Source: an uncultured Methanosarcinales archaeon (GTDB lineage: Archaea > Nanobdellota > Nanobdellia > Woesearchaeales > GW2011-AR4). From it: DNA of 64,000 bases. Both the position numbers and the translations under genes were made by a program. Of this stretch, positions 17,895-27,740 are shown one piece after another. Under the pieces are notes generated by a model that saw only the letters and a list, made by a program, of their open reading frames with translations, was not told where the DNA came from and searched no databases. Position 1 is the stretch's first letter. The number at the start of each line of letters is the position of its first letter. The stretch is from positions 8,626 to 72,625 of the forward strand of contig CAYNCK010000075.1 of NCBI GenBank assembly GCA_964396095.1. The letters are read 5' to 3'.

Positions 17895-18464
17895 ATGGAT
17901 TTGCCATGGGGAGATGAAAAAACAGTTCAGTTTATTACAAGCGTTGGCCTTGTGACAAGCAACGGCACTTTTGGCAACAATATAATGGCAGCTGAATGGA
18001 CGCATCATGTTTCTTATAGCCCTGGATTGGTTGCCGTCTGCATTGGGAAAAACAAGGCAACACTTGAAAACATAAGAAATTCAAAGGAGTTTGGAATCGG
18101 CATCTGCGCAACTGACCAGAATGCTCTTTCAAGCATAGCAGGGGGAAGCTCAGGCAAGGATACTGACAAGATAGCTGCACTTAAAGAGCTCGGATTTAAA
18201 TTCTACAAGGCAAATAAAATAAATGTTTTGATGGTTGAGGGTTCTGTTTTAAACATTGAATGCCGGCTTTACAGGGATATTGAACTTGGCGACCATGTGA
18301 TGCTTGTAGGCGAAGTCGTTGATTCAAGATTAAGCAAAAATAAAGAGCCCCTTGCATATCATAAATTAAAATACTGGAAGCTTGGAGAAAATATTCCAAA
18401 GCCGCAGGCGCAGGAGCTTGAAAAAATAAAAAAAATAGTTGAAAAGCACAGAAAGGTTAAATAA
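17895..18464 (+). CDS. Flavin reductase-like (FMN-binding split-barrel) domain protein.
   Basis: VGLVTSNGTFGNNIMAAEWTHHVSYSPGLVAVCIGKNKATLENIRNSKEFGI matches the flavin_reduct domain. Confidence 0.75.
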   Translation: MDLPWGDEKTVQFITSVGLVTSNGTFGNNIMAAEWTHHVSYSPGLVAVCIGKNKATLENIRNSKEFGIGICATDQNALSSIAGGSSGKDTDKIAALKELGFKFYKANKINVLMVEGSVLNIECRLYRDIELGDHVMLVGEVVDSRLSKNKEPLAYHKLKYWKLGENIPKPQAQELEKIKKIVEKHRKVK

Positions 18465-18570
18465 AACAAAATAATGGTTGACGCCGGACTTGACTTGGAA
18501 ATTTGAATATTTTAGTTATTTATAATTTGGGATTAATTTAAATAAAGATGTAGTTTTCTTATGTTTTATC

Positions 18571-19275
18571 ATGACACATCAAACGCCCACTATTTTAAAA
18601 TTCAAGCCCCTAAATAGATTTGAAAATCTTTCTGGAATCGATATTTTGGGAGTGGATATAAGTGAATTAATAAATTACAGGCATTATCTGCGCAGGAAGG
18701 GTTTGATTGGAACACTTACTGAAGGCGCATTCAGCGGCTATGATTACGGCAATTTAAGCATAAGAGTTGCTGATGCCGAAAAAAAATTTAATATGCTGAT
18801 TAGCGGTTCACAGACAAGCGGAAAAGAATTTGTTACATTGGACGATTTCACCTTGGTTAAAAATTATGTGGCTTCGGAATTCTCTGTTTATTCGGTAGGT
18901 ATGGTAGTGCCATCTTCAGAAACGCCAATGCATTGGGCAGCATATGAAGCAAACCGCAGCATCGAAGCAATAATTCATGCGCATATTTGCGAATATAATC
19001 CCGCTTATGGCCGTACCTGGGAATTTTTTGAAGATAATAGGCTGCCTATGACGACATCTCCAAGCAAAACAAAAGAAATTGGTTTGGAAATAGAAAAATT
19101 AATCAAGGAAGTCGGATTTGACAATGTTGTTGGAATGCTTAATCATGATGGGGGTTTCGGACTTCTTTCTATGGGAACAAATGTAGAAGATTCTTATAAC
19201 AGGCTTGTCGGATTTTATGAAAGGCTTCTTGAATTAGACACTGCGAAAATTCAAGCTCAATCCTTCCATCCATAA
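18571..19275 (+). CDS. Class II aldolase/adducin-family protein.
   Basis: GNLSIRVADAEKKFNMLISGSQTSGKEFVTLDDFTLV matches the GNiSvR...ItpSG...l.edlv core. AIIHAHICEY resembles the metal-binding HtH region. Confidence 0.6.
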   Translation: MTHQTPTILKFKPLNRFENLSGIDILGVDISELINYRHYLRRKGLIGTLTEGAFSGYDYGNLSIRVADAEKKFNMLISGSQTSGKEFVTLDDFTLVKNYVASEFSVYSVGMVVPSSETPMHWAAYEANRSIEAIIHAHICEYNPAYGRTWEFFEDNRLPMTTSPSKTKEIGLEIEKLIKEVGFDNVVGMLNHDGGFGLLSMGTNVEDSYNRLVGFYERLLELDTAKIQAQSFHP

Positions 19276-20801
19276 GCCATGATATAATTTTGCAGCTGTG
19301 GATTATCTCTCGACAAAGGAGGAAGCCATTCTCCAATGTAAATTCTATTCCAAACAGCCATGCTAGGATTATTTAATGTAGCAAACTCATATTTATAAAA
19401 TTCAATTCTAATATAAGTTGGAGGATTATCGGGAAAAGGATTGTTGGATATCAAACTGAGCGCAGCCTTATCATTATTTAAAAATTTTGATACCATATGT
19501 ATAAGCCATGGGTTTTGCTCGGGCCTTTCCATTGCAGCAAACCAAATCTGCCAGTCAACTCTTGGCTGGTATGGCGTAATTATCGGCAAGCTTCTGTAGA
19601 CATTGCCCGGCTTTGTCTTGAATTCATATTCTTTCCAAGTTGTTTTTTCATTTATGATTATATCTTGAGTTCCTTCAAGAATTAATTCATGCCTTTCCTT
19701 TCCAACGTAGCCAAAAGCCCCATAACTGTTTACAAAATCCCAGTTGTTGAACGACGTGTTCATGTATTGGCTTGATGAAAAAAGGTTTTGTACAACAGGA
19801 ATGCTCAACCATGCGACAAATACAAACAAAGCCCATGAAGCATAAGGCTGCCATCTGTATGTTTTTTGGTTTTCAACAGCAAAATCAGATTTTTTTATAA
19901 TCCATTTTGGCATTATTTTCCTGAGAAATCTGTCATCGAAGCAAGCAATAACAGGCACGATTGTCAGCCAGTTCAAAAATGAAAGGTTGCCGCTTAAAAT
20001 TAAGATAAACTGGAGTGAAATCATAAAAATTCCTGCAATATTTCTCAATATTCCTGGCAAAAATGCAAAAAAAGGCAAAATCAACTCGACAAAATGGTTG
20101 AACAAAACTCCAATTTTGTGAAAAAATTTTGGCATGAAATGAAAATAAGGGCTTAATGGATTCGGAATTGGCTGCGTTTCATAATGATAATAAAGGCAGG
20201 TTAAATCACGCCAGCAGGAATCCCCCCTTATTTTTATAAGTCCTGCACCAAGGTAAATCCTAAACGCAAGCCACCTGAAAAGCCAAATGACCTGCTTAGG
20301 GGGAGATGATTTTGAGAAAGGCTTCATGTCCAGCAGCGGGCACAGGAATATTGCAAGAAAGCCTGTTTCTATAAGCTGGATTTCCCATCCATAACTGTAA
20401 AAAATCTGCCCGACATGTACAAACGACATGTAGATTATCCAAAGGAATCCCATGATTGGTGCATTTGCAAATCCGATTAAAACAATAAATGACAAAATAA
20501 CGCCAAGCCATGCCAATATTAACATGAGATTATCTGAAATATAAAGCCAAAATACCGTCGGCATATGAATGAAAGCGCTGATTTTATTATCAAAGTGAAA
20601 TGAATTAAGAAAATTTGCTGCCGGGTACAGGCCATGCCGGCCTATAAGCGGTATGACTTGGAATGCAAGCGATAAAAATGCAAAGAAATAAACAAATCCA
20701 AGCACCCTCAAAAGAACAAACCTTGTAATGAAATAAGTCGGCTTTTCATTTGGCTTTTTATTTATATGAAACATATTTTTTATCCTGGAGAATCGTGCCA
20801 T
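19257..20801 (-). CDS. Polytopic membrane protein of the HTTM / lipase-maturation-factor-like family.
   Basis: Many TM helices. The segment IQLIETGFLAIFLCPLLD ... WLAFRIYLGAGLIKIRGDSCWRDLTCLYYHYETQPIPNPLSPYF resembles the LMF/HTTM conserved core. The start is placed at the internal Met (MARFSR) to avoid an 88-nt overlap with the MFS gene. Confidence 0.45.
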   Translation of the reverse strand: MARFSRIKNMFHINKKPNEKPTYFITRFVLLRVLGFVYFFAFLSLAFQVIPLIGRHGLYPAANFLNSFHFDNKISAFIHMPTVFWLYISDNLMLILAWLGVILSFIVLIGFANAPIMGFLWIIYMSFVHVGQIFYSYGWEIQLIETGFLAIFLCPLLDMKPFSKSSPPKQVIWLFRWLAFRIYLGAGLIKIRGDSCWRDLTCLYYHYETQPIPNPLSPYFHFMPKFFHKIGVLFNHFVELILPFFAFLPGILRNIAGIFMISLQFILILSGNLSFLNWLTIVPVIACFDDRFLRKIMPKWIIKKSDFAVENQKTYRWQPYASWALFVFVAWLSIPVVQNLFSSSQYMNTSFNNWDFVNSYGAFGYVGKERHELILEGTQDIIINEKTTWKEYEFKTKPGNVYRSLPIITPYQPRVDWQIWFAAMERPEQNPWLIHMVSKFLNNDKAALSLISNNPFPDNPPTYIRIEFYKYEFATLNNPSMAVWNRIYIGEWLPPLSRDNPQLQNYIMAYGWKD

Positions 20802-20827
20802 TAATGTATTAATTATTTTTATAATTT

Positions 20828-21988
20828 TTAAGGTTTTTGATTGAGAAAAAATAAAAGTGCCAAAATTGAAATTATTGCCGCAAAAATGAAAGTATAGCTG
20901 TCGTTTATTGTCCAAAGATAGCCTGCTATGATTGAAGCAGGTAAATACACAGCGCCTGTTGAAAAATTGTACAGGCCTATTGCCGTTCCCCTTCTGTATT
21001 TTTCAAGGTCGGATATGTATGCCTTGCCCTGGCTTTCGTCTATTGCATAAAATACTCCAAAAAGAATAAACAAAACTATAACATCCGATTTCTTTGAAGC
21101 AAAAATGAATCCAATGCTCATGATAAAATACAAGATATATTCTAAAGCAATTATTTTTTTCCTTCCGACATAATCCCCAAGAATCCCTATAGGTGCGGCA
21201 AAGATTACAAAAGAAATGTTAAATAATGCATAAAGAAGCACAATATCCTTTATCTGAAACCCTGTATTGTATGCTTTCAAGAGCAAAAATCCGAAACTGA
21301 AATAAGCAATTGAAAATATAATTGAGGATTTAAGGTAATGTCTGTATCTTTTTCCTAATTTGTGATATGTCTTAAAGATGTTCTCCTTTTTCTGCGGTTC
21401 TACATGGGGCTCTTTAATAAAAATAAGCAATAACACAGCGATAAAAGCAGGTATAATGGCTATCTTGAATAGCAATGAAAATGAAAAGATATTTTGCCCG
21501 TAATGCGCAAGAAGAAAGTAAGCAATTATCGGTCCCAATACTGCCCCAGATTTGTCCAGTGCCTTATGAAGTCCAAAAGAATAGCCTCTTCTTGACTTTG
21601 CTGCAAGAGAGGATATCCATGCGTCCCTCGGCGGGCCTCTAAAAGATTTTCCAAATCTCTCCACAACTCTGAATGAAGAAGCAAGAAATACAGAATTTGG
21701 TATTACCAGCAAAAATTTTGAAATTGTGGAAAATCCGTAGCCAAATACAGCAAAAGCTTTTCTTTTGCCGGTTTTATCCGACAGGTATCCGGAGATATAA
21801 TCCAATGATGATGATGCAAAATCCGAAAATCCTTCCACAATTCCAAGAAGCGAAGCTGCAGCCCCTAAAATCACTGTAAAGAATATTGAGAACACAGAAA
21901 ATATCATTTCTGAGCTTATGTCTGTAAGCAGGCTTACAATTCCCAGCAAGAATATATTCTTATTTACTCCGAATATTTTTTTGGCCAT
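20828..21988 (-). CDS. MFS transporter.
   Basis: 12 predicted TM helices, with an MFS-like motif GYLSDKTGKRKAFAVFGYG between TM2 and TM3. Confidence 0.8.
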   Translation of the reverse strand: MAKKIFGVNKNIFLLGIVSLLTDISSEMIFSVFSIFFTVILGAAASLLGIVEGFSDFASSSLDYISGYLSDKTGKRKAFAVFGYGFSTISKFLLVIPNSVFLASSFRVVERFGKSFRGPPRDAWISSLAAKSRRGYSFGLHKALDKSGAVLGPIIAYFLLAHYGQNIFSFSLLFKIAIIPAFIAVLLLIFIKEPHVEPQKKENIFKTYHKLGKRYRHYLKSSIIFSIAYFSFGFLLLKAYNTGFQIKDIVLLYALFNISFVIFAAPIGILGDYVGRKKIIALEYILYFIMSIGFIFASKKSDVIVLFILFGVFYAIDESQGKAYISDLEKYRRGTAIGLYNFSTGAVYLPASIIAGYLWTINDSYTFIFAAIISILALLFFLNQKP

Positions 21989-22059
21989 GGCTTCTTAAAA
22001 TAATTTTTATGAATGAGTCTTTAGATAGGACAAAATTAGTTAGTACTTCATGAAAATAA

Positions 22060-22181
22060 TGCCCCTGCGGGGAATTGAACCCCGACCTCAAGCTCCGCAA
22101 GCTTATGTTCTGTTTCGGCTGGGCTGAAATGCCACCGAATTCAATTGGAATTTCAGCGCGTGTCCGTTATACTACAGGGGC
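22060..22181 (-). tRNA. Intron-containing tRNA gene, tentatively tRNA-Arg(GCG). The exon structure is not fully resolved.
   Basis: On the minus strand: acceptor GCCCCUG / CAGGGGC + A, T-arm CGGGG-UUCAAUU-CCCCG, and a candidate anticodon arm UAAGC-UUGCGGA-GCUUG. The gene is 122 nt, about 48 nt too many between the acceptor stem and the anticodon arm. This implies an intron in the D-arm region, where an internal helix CUGAAAU...AUUUCAG is present. Confidence 0.5.
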
Positions 22182-22228
22182 GCTAATATAAGCTATAAAA
22201 TTCTTTTTATAAAACTTCTGAATAAAAT

Positions 22229-23788
22229 TTACTCTTCCCAATCCCTCAAGCTAATCTGCCCTTTTCTTTTATTTTCAGAAACTTCATTAAGTTCCTGGCC
22301 AAGCTGTTTCTTTATGCTCAATGCAGTCTTTTCCCCCAAAATCTGGGTAAGAGTTGCAAGATCTGTATTCTTTATATCCTTCAAGTCCCTGAACCTGTTC
22401 CTGAATAGAATTCTTGCCCTTACTCTTCCGATGTTTTCAAGCCTTACAAGAGTAAGCAGCTCTTCTTTTACCCCATATTTCATCCTCAGCCTTAATTTTA
22501 CAATTTCTTTTATGAGAGACTGGTAATGCAGAATCCTGCACAATTCTTCTCCTGCATAAAGAAGCCAGTCTGCAACATCAAGCTTTGCCCTTAATTCCCC
22601 TGGCCTTACATTATACTGCTCAAGCATAAACTCCTCATCCTGCTCGTTAATCCAGTTGTTAAACATCAATGCTGTTTTTACAGAATTCAAAAAATCCTCA
22701 TATTCAGGCTCGTACATTGAAGGCTCGCTCTCAAGAATAAAATTGCTGAATTCAAGCATTGATTCCTGCACCTTGTCATATTCCTTGATTCCGACTTTCA
22801 GCAGGGGCCTCAGTTCAAGCGTGTGCGAAGCCATCTGAAGGAAAGAAAATGCATCTATCTTTTTGTCTGATGCATTTCTCAGGCAGCTTATCATAAAATA
22901 AGCGGTGTACGGGTCAATGTAAAGCTCTGCAACCCTTTTCCCAAGCAAAGTTGCCTTTAATTTTTCGTCTTCAATTTCATTGGCGCTTAAAAAATCATCC
23001 CCAGATCTCATTATAAATTCCCATTCCTCAAGCAGCTCAATGACCTTGGATATTGTTGAATGCAGCCTTCTCAGGTCCTTGAACTGGTGCGCGTAAAAAG
23101 TTTTGTCAAAGAATTCAAAAAGCTGTTTTGTTGTTGTTATAAAATCCGCTGCAATAAGCGAAAGAACATATGTCCTAAGCACAGGCTCCACTGCAAGCTT
23201 TGAATAAATTTCTTCAGGCTGCCCGTTTATATATTTTTCCTCTATTTTTTCCTTTTCAGATTTTGTAATAGCGACTGCAATTGACTGGCCTTCGCTGTCA
23301 TAATTAGGCCTTCCTGCCCTTCCTGACATCTGCATATAGTCAAGCACAGGAATCCATGACAACCCATTCGCAGTATATCTTCTTAAGTCCTTTATGATTG
23401 CCCTGAAAGCAGGCAGGTCAACACCGTAAGAAAGAGTCGGGGTGCAGCATATTATTTTTATTGTGCCGTTTCTGAAATTATCCTCTATTATATTTTTTTG
23501 TTCGTGAGTTAATCCTGCATGATGAAACGCAATCCCTTTTTTCATGCAGAAAGAAAGCCTTTCGCACTGTTTTGTCGGCCTTGAAAGTGAGTTTAGGGCT
23601 TTCTCAGCCACGTCACATAAGATTTCATTGCTTTCTTTTATTTTCTTGGAAATATCTTCTGCAGTCTTTTCAGCTGATTTTTTTGTGTTGACAAAAACAA
23701 GAGCCTGCTTGCCTATTTTTATAGTGTCAAGTGCTATGTTCAGTGCAGCGCTGTCAAATTCCCCGTCAAGCTTCACAGATTTTGCCAT
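22229..23788 (-). CDS. Hel308/Ski2-like helicase, C-terminal portion only (RecA2 + WH + ratchet + HhH). The N-terminal ATPase domain is absent.
   Basis: The ORF begins at the RecA2 domain (ALVFVNTKKSAEKTAEDI...GIAFHHAGL...IICCTPTLSYGVDLPA...QMSGRAGRP, motifs IV-VI) and ends with an HhH domain. An in-frame stop lies 3 codons upstream of the Met. The next gene begins 58 nt away, and no motif I/II sequence is nearby. Confidence 0.8.
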   Translation of the reverse strand: MAKSVKLDGEFDSAALNIALDTIKIGKQALVFVNTKKSAEKTAEDISKKIKESNEILCDVAEKALNSLSRPTKQCERLSFCMKKGIAFHHAGLTHEQKNIIEDNFRNGTIKIICCTPTLSYGVDLPAFRAIIKDLRRYTANGLSWIPVLDYMQMSGRAGRPNYDSEGQSIAVAITKSEKEKIEEKYINGQPEEIYSKLAVEPVLRTYVLSLIAADFITTTKQLFEFFDKTFYAHQFKDLRRLHSTISKVIELLEEWEFIMRSGDDFLSANEIEDEKLKATLLGKRVAELYIDPYTAYFMISCLRNASDKKIDAFSFLQMASHTLELRPLLKVGIKEYDKVQESMLEFSNFILESEPSMYEPEYEDFLNSVKTALMFNNWINEQDEEFMLEQYNVRPGELRAKLDVADWLLYAGEELCRILHYQSLIKEIVKLRLRMKYGVKEELLTLVRLENIGRVRARILFRNRFRDLKDIKNTDLATLTQILGEKTALSIKKQLGQELNEVSENKRKGQISLRDWEE

Positions 23789-23846
23789 GCAATAAAACTA
23801 AGAAATGGTTATTTATAAAGATTGTTGAAAAAAATATTAAATATTT

Positions 23847-25736
23847 TCAAATCACATTCACATTTAAAGTTTCGATTGTTTCATCTGTCCCGTCGCTTAC
23901 ATGAACCTTTACTTCCTTGGTTCCTTTTGTCGTGAAAACCCTCTGGAGGTATTGCGAAGCTTTGTATTTCTCGAAAATGCCGAAGTCCCATGTGTAAGTT
24001 AAACTATCGCCATCATCATCAATTGCCTTCACATACATAAGAACGGGCTTGTTGGCATTTGCAACCACGCTTTTAGTTGAATTTGTTATCCGCGGGGGGT
24101 TGTTTTTATATGACAATTCTATTTTTGCAATTTGCTTTGCCTCTAATTTTCCGTCGCTGGCTGCAAAAACAAGCTCATATTTTTTAGTCTCGCCCTTTTT
24201 AGTTGTGTTAAAAGGTGTCCAGAAAAAAGAATTCCCCTTCAAAGAAGAGCCTTTAGGCGGGTTTTCAATTGAATAATTTATGCTGTCACCGTCAGGATCG
24301 TGCGCATCAAGCAATATAACAATTTCATCATTGTCCTTGGATTTTATATCTTTTATTTTTTCAAGTACAGGTGCCCTGTTTATGTGATTGATTGTCACTT
24401 TTGTTGCTTTTGAGGTTTCCAAAATACCATCGCTTGCAGTAACTTTAATTTCATATATCCCAGCATCGCCGAATTTGGACTTGTAATTGTCTGAGTTTAA
24501 AAATCCCGAATAGGCTATTTTAACTTTATCGCCATCCAAGTCATAAGCATTTGGAATTATTTTAAGTGTATCGCCTTCATTTATGGCTATTGGCTGTATG
24601 TCATCTATAAAAGGGGCCCTGTTTAGGTCTTCAACTGTTATAACCACATTCTGCACAATCTTTTTGTCTTTAGACATTGCTGCAAACTGGATGTAAAAGC
24701 TCTTGCTTAAAGTGTTAAATTTGGATATAAGCCTGTCGACAAATCCCTTTTTCCTGACTGCGTCATAGCTGGGCTTCCATGTGAAAATATTTCCTTCCAA
24801 GCTTGCCCCTTCAGGAAGATTGTCTGCTGAATAAGTTATTTCATCGCCGTCAGGGTCATTTGCCTCAAGAGCAATTTTCAGCTCTTCATTTTCCTTGATA
24901 ACTTTATTGGACAGCTTTTCGAAAACCAGCGGCCTGTCAATATTATTAACAGTTACCTTTACAATTTCGTCCTTGGCGAAGCCTTTGCCTTCTGCATGAA
25001 TCCGGATATCGTAAATGCCCGAATCATCAAAAGTTGTTTTCCACTCATTTTTCGTTCCTAGCGGCTCTGCGATTGAATAAGTTAATCCATATTTTACAAA
25101 ATCAGGAAGTTCCAGCTTTGCAATCTCGTTCTCGTTTACTGCAACATCCTTAATGCCATCAAGCATGGCTTCAACATCAACGTTTTCAACATTGATTGAC
25201 CATTCTTTTTTTGTTTCTTTTTTACCGTCAGAAGCTATAAAAATTATTTTATGGTCTCCTGAATCCTTGTAGCCTGTGATGTATGTGAATGTGCTTTCTT
25301 CCCCCAATTTCCTGCCGTCAACAAGCCATTCATAAGATATTTCATCATTATTCACATCACTTGCATTCACTTCAAAATCAATTGACCCTGTTTCCTTTAT
25401 TGTGATTTTATCTTCTTGCGGGGCATAGGAATCTATCTTCGGGCTTTCCTCCTTCTTTTTTACCACAATCAAAATATCTTTTGATACGCTTGTAGTGCCG
25501 TCAGAAACAGTGATTGTTGTCTTGTATTCCCCTGAATCGCCGTAATTTGTCTGCCACTCGCCGTTCTCGTTTAAAGGAAATCCGTATGTGGTAACGAGCT
25601 TGTCTGCGTCGGGATCTGTAACTTTTGGCTGGAGGCTTACTTTTTCAGTTTCATTTACAGCAAAGGTTGAAATAGAATTTGCAAAATAGGGCAAGATCAA
25701 AAATATAATTAAAAATAATAAAATCTTTTTATTCAT
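23847..25736 (-). CDS. Large secreted protein with tandem Ig-like (PKD/cadherin-like) repeats.
   Basis: Signal peptide MNKKILLFLIIFLILPYFANS. Repeat units of ~95 aa contain EWQTNYGDSG.Y...V.ASDG and DPDGD.I.YS. It is paralogous to the adjacent 25776-27509 gene. Confidence 0.6.
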   Translation of the reverse strand: MNKKILLFLIIFLILPYFANSISTFAVNETEKVSLQPKVTDPDADKLVTTYGFPLNENGEWQTNYGDSGEYKTTITVSDGTTSVSKDILIVVKKKEESPKIDSYAPQEDKITIKETGSIDFEVNASDVNNDEISYEWLVDGRKLGEESTFTYITGYKDSGDHKIIFIASDGKKETKKEWSINVENVDVEAMLDGIKDVAVNENEIAKLELPDFVKYGLTYSIAEPLGTKNEWKTTFDDSGIYDIRIHAEGKGFAKDEIVKVTVNNIDRPLVFEKLSNKVIKENEELKIALEANDPDGDEITYSADNLPEGASLEGNIFTWKPSYDAVRKKGFVDRLISKFNTLSKSFYIQFAAMSKDKKIVQNVVITVEDLNRAPFIDDIQPIAINEGDTLKIIPNAYDLDGDKVKIAYSGFLNSDNYKSKFGDAGIYEIKVTASDGILETSKATKVTINHINRAPVLEKIKDIKSKDNDEIVILLDAHDPDGDSINYSIENPPKGSSLKGNSFFWTPFNTTKKGETKKYELVFAASDGKLEAKQIAKIELSYKNNPPRITNSTKSVVANANKPVLMYVKAIDDDGDSLTYTWDFGIFEKYKASQYLQRVFTTKGTKEVKVHVSDGTDETIETLNVNVI

Positions 25737-25775
25737 GTACTGCCCCCATTAAAAAAAGAAAATATAAATATAAAA

Positions 25776-27509
25776 TCAGCTTTTCTGCACAATGTCAGTT
25801 ATCACAGGAGGCCTGTTTACATTCTCAACACTGACGCTGAATGTTTGCTCTGACTTGTCCTTCCAGTCAGCTGCAGTGGCAGTAACCTGGTATGTGCCCG
25901 CGCTGTCATAGTCCGTCTGCCATGTGAAAACATTGCCTTCCTGCTTGAACCTGCTGTCGCTGATTGAATAGTTGATTGGGTCTTGGTCATCGTCAGTTGC
26001 AAGAGCCGTTATAACAATCTTATCAGTTTCTTTTGCTTTTATGTCTGAGATTTTTTGCAGAACAGGCTTCCTGTTGACATTCTTAACATCAACGGACCAA
26101 ATCTTGCTCACGCTTGACAACCCGTCTGATACATCAGCCTTTACTGTGTGAGTGCCTGCATTATCGTAAGTTGTCTGGTAAGTGTATTTGCTTTCAGTTC
26201 CGGTCTCCTTGCCGTCGAGCTTCCAGTTATAAGTTAATGGGTCCTTGTTAAGGTCGCTTGCGTCAACGTTGAAATCTATTGATTGCATTTCATCTATTGC
26301 CAATCCGCTTTCAATCGGCTTTGCTGCATCAATTTTTGGAGGCTCTTCCTTCTTGTTGACAATTATCAAGACTTCCCTCGAGGTTGTTGATTCGCTGTCA
26401 GATGCTGTTACTGTAACAGTGTACTGGCCGGAATCGCCGTAATTTGTCTGCCATTCCCCCTTCTCGCTGAGTGGGGACGTAAATGTAAAAGCAAGATTTG
26501 TGTTTTTGTCAGGGTCCTCTGCCTTTGGAACTAGGCTGACAAGGTCTGTTTCCTGCACAACAACTACAATGGGCTTTTCCTTTGCCTTTTCTCCAGTCTG
26601 TTCTTCTGAAGAATGGGTAATCACTTTAGGCTTTATGCCGTTATCATTTTCAGCAGATTGTTCTGTATGTGTTTTTTCAGTATCGCTGCTTTTGTTTTCC
26701 ATCACTACTTCACCTGTAGTTTTAGTTTCATTCATTGCCTGAACAGGCTCTTCATATTCAATAAAAACATCCTGTTCCGGGAATCCAGCATTAATATGGT
26801 TTGTAAATTTGATTGGAGCTTCAAGGACTGTTTTGTTTTCCGTCATAAGTGGCACAAGGAAAAATAATTGAACATGGCTGTTGGCTCCAAAATCTCCAGG
26901 AGAAGCCCCGTAAGTTTTTCCGTCACTGTGGTATGCAAGCGCGATTAGTGCTGCATTTTCCTTTGTGCTTGCCTCCAAAGGCTTCAATCCCACGCTAAAA
27001 TATCCGTTTCCCTTGTCATCTGCATTGAAAATATTGTCAGAACCATCCTCTTTTCCGCAAGGAATATCAACCATTTTTGGCTCAGGAGGGAATGTAACCC
27101 TTGAGCACCACAATGTATAAACTCCGTTGGGGATAAGCTTTTTGAATGATAAGTCAAGCATAGCATTTTCTGCATCTTTTACGCTATAAATTCCTATTCC
27201 TGACGCATCAAGCCATTGTCCTAATGCGAATCCAAGAGATTTTCCCTTGTCAAATGGCCCAAGTGGATTTTGCCCGGCCTTAAAAGGGTCGTGCTGGACT
27301 GCGACTGCACTGGAATAAACAGTCTTGCCAAGTGTTTCAGGGCTTTTTGCTGTCTCGCCCTCAACCCTTATGACTTTTGTGTATTCATTTTCCTTTTTCA
27401 TCTCTTTCTGAGGCCCTGTGCCGTAAAGAGTCTGATAAACCTCGCAGCTGCTTAGCAAGAAAACTGAAATTATCAATAAAACGATAAAAGATTTTGTTTT
27501 AAAATTCAT
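25776..27509 (-). CDS. Secreted lipoprotein-like surface protein with an N-terminal globular domain, a Thr/Glu-rich linker and C-terminal Ig-like (PKD/cadherin-like) repeats.
   Basis: Signal with lipobox-like LLSSC. A ~230-aa N-terminal domain of unknown function. The C-terminal repeats share EWQTNYGDSGQY / DDDQDPINYS motifs with the neighbouring gene. Confidence 0.6.
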   Translation of the reverse strand: MNFKTKSFIVLLIISVFLLSSCEVYQTLYGTGPQKEMKKENEYTKVIRVEGETAKSPETLGKTVYSSAVAVQHDPFKAGQNPLGPFDKGKSLGFALGQWLDASGIGIYSVKDAENAMLDLSFKKLIPNGVYTLWCSRVTFPPEPKMVDIPCGKEDGSDNIFNADDKGNGYFSVGLKPLEASTKENAALIALAYHSDGKTYGASPGDFGANSHVQLFFLVPLMTENKTVLEAPIKFTNHINAGFPEQDVFIEYEEPVQAMNETKTTGEVVMENKSSDTEKTHTEQSAENDNGIKPKVITHSSEEQTGEKAKEKPIVVVVQETDLVSLVPKAEDPDKNTNLAFTFTSPLSEKGEWQTNYGDSGQYTVTVTASDSESTTSREVLIIVNKKEEPPKIDAAKPIESGLAIDEMQSIDFNVDASDLNKDPLTYNWKLDGKETGTESKYTYQTTYDNAGTHTVKADVSDGLSSVSKIWSVDVKNVNRKPVLQKISDIKAKETDKIVITALATDDDQDPINYSISDSRFKQEGNVFTWQTDYDSAGTYQVTATAADWKDKSEQTFSVSVENVNRPPVITDIVQKS

Positions 27510-27740
27510 TATGTACCCCTCCTTTATTGGACATTTTAAATATAAATAAAAGTGTTGTTATTCTAAAATAACATACTTATATTTAAACTTTGCGGTAGTA
27601 ATTAATTTTTTTGAAGTTTTAATTTTTGGCATTGTAACAATATATAGTAATTAAAGAGGTATTGAAAAGAAGTATTATGTTATCTGCTGACCACTGGACA
27701 TGCTCACGCCATATTTATAAAGGACTAATTCTATCAAATT

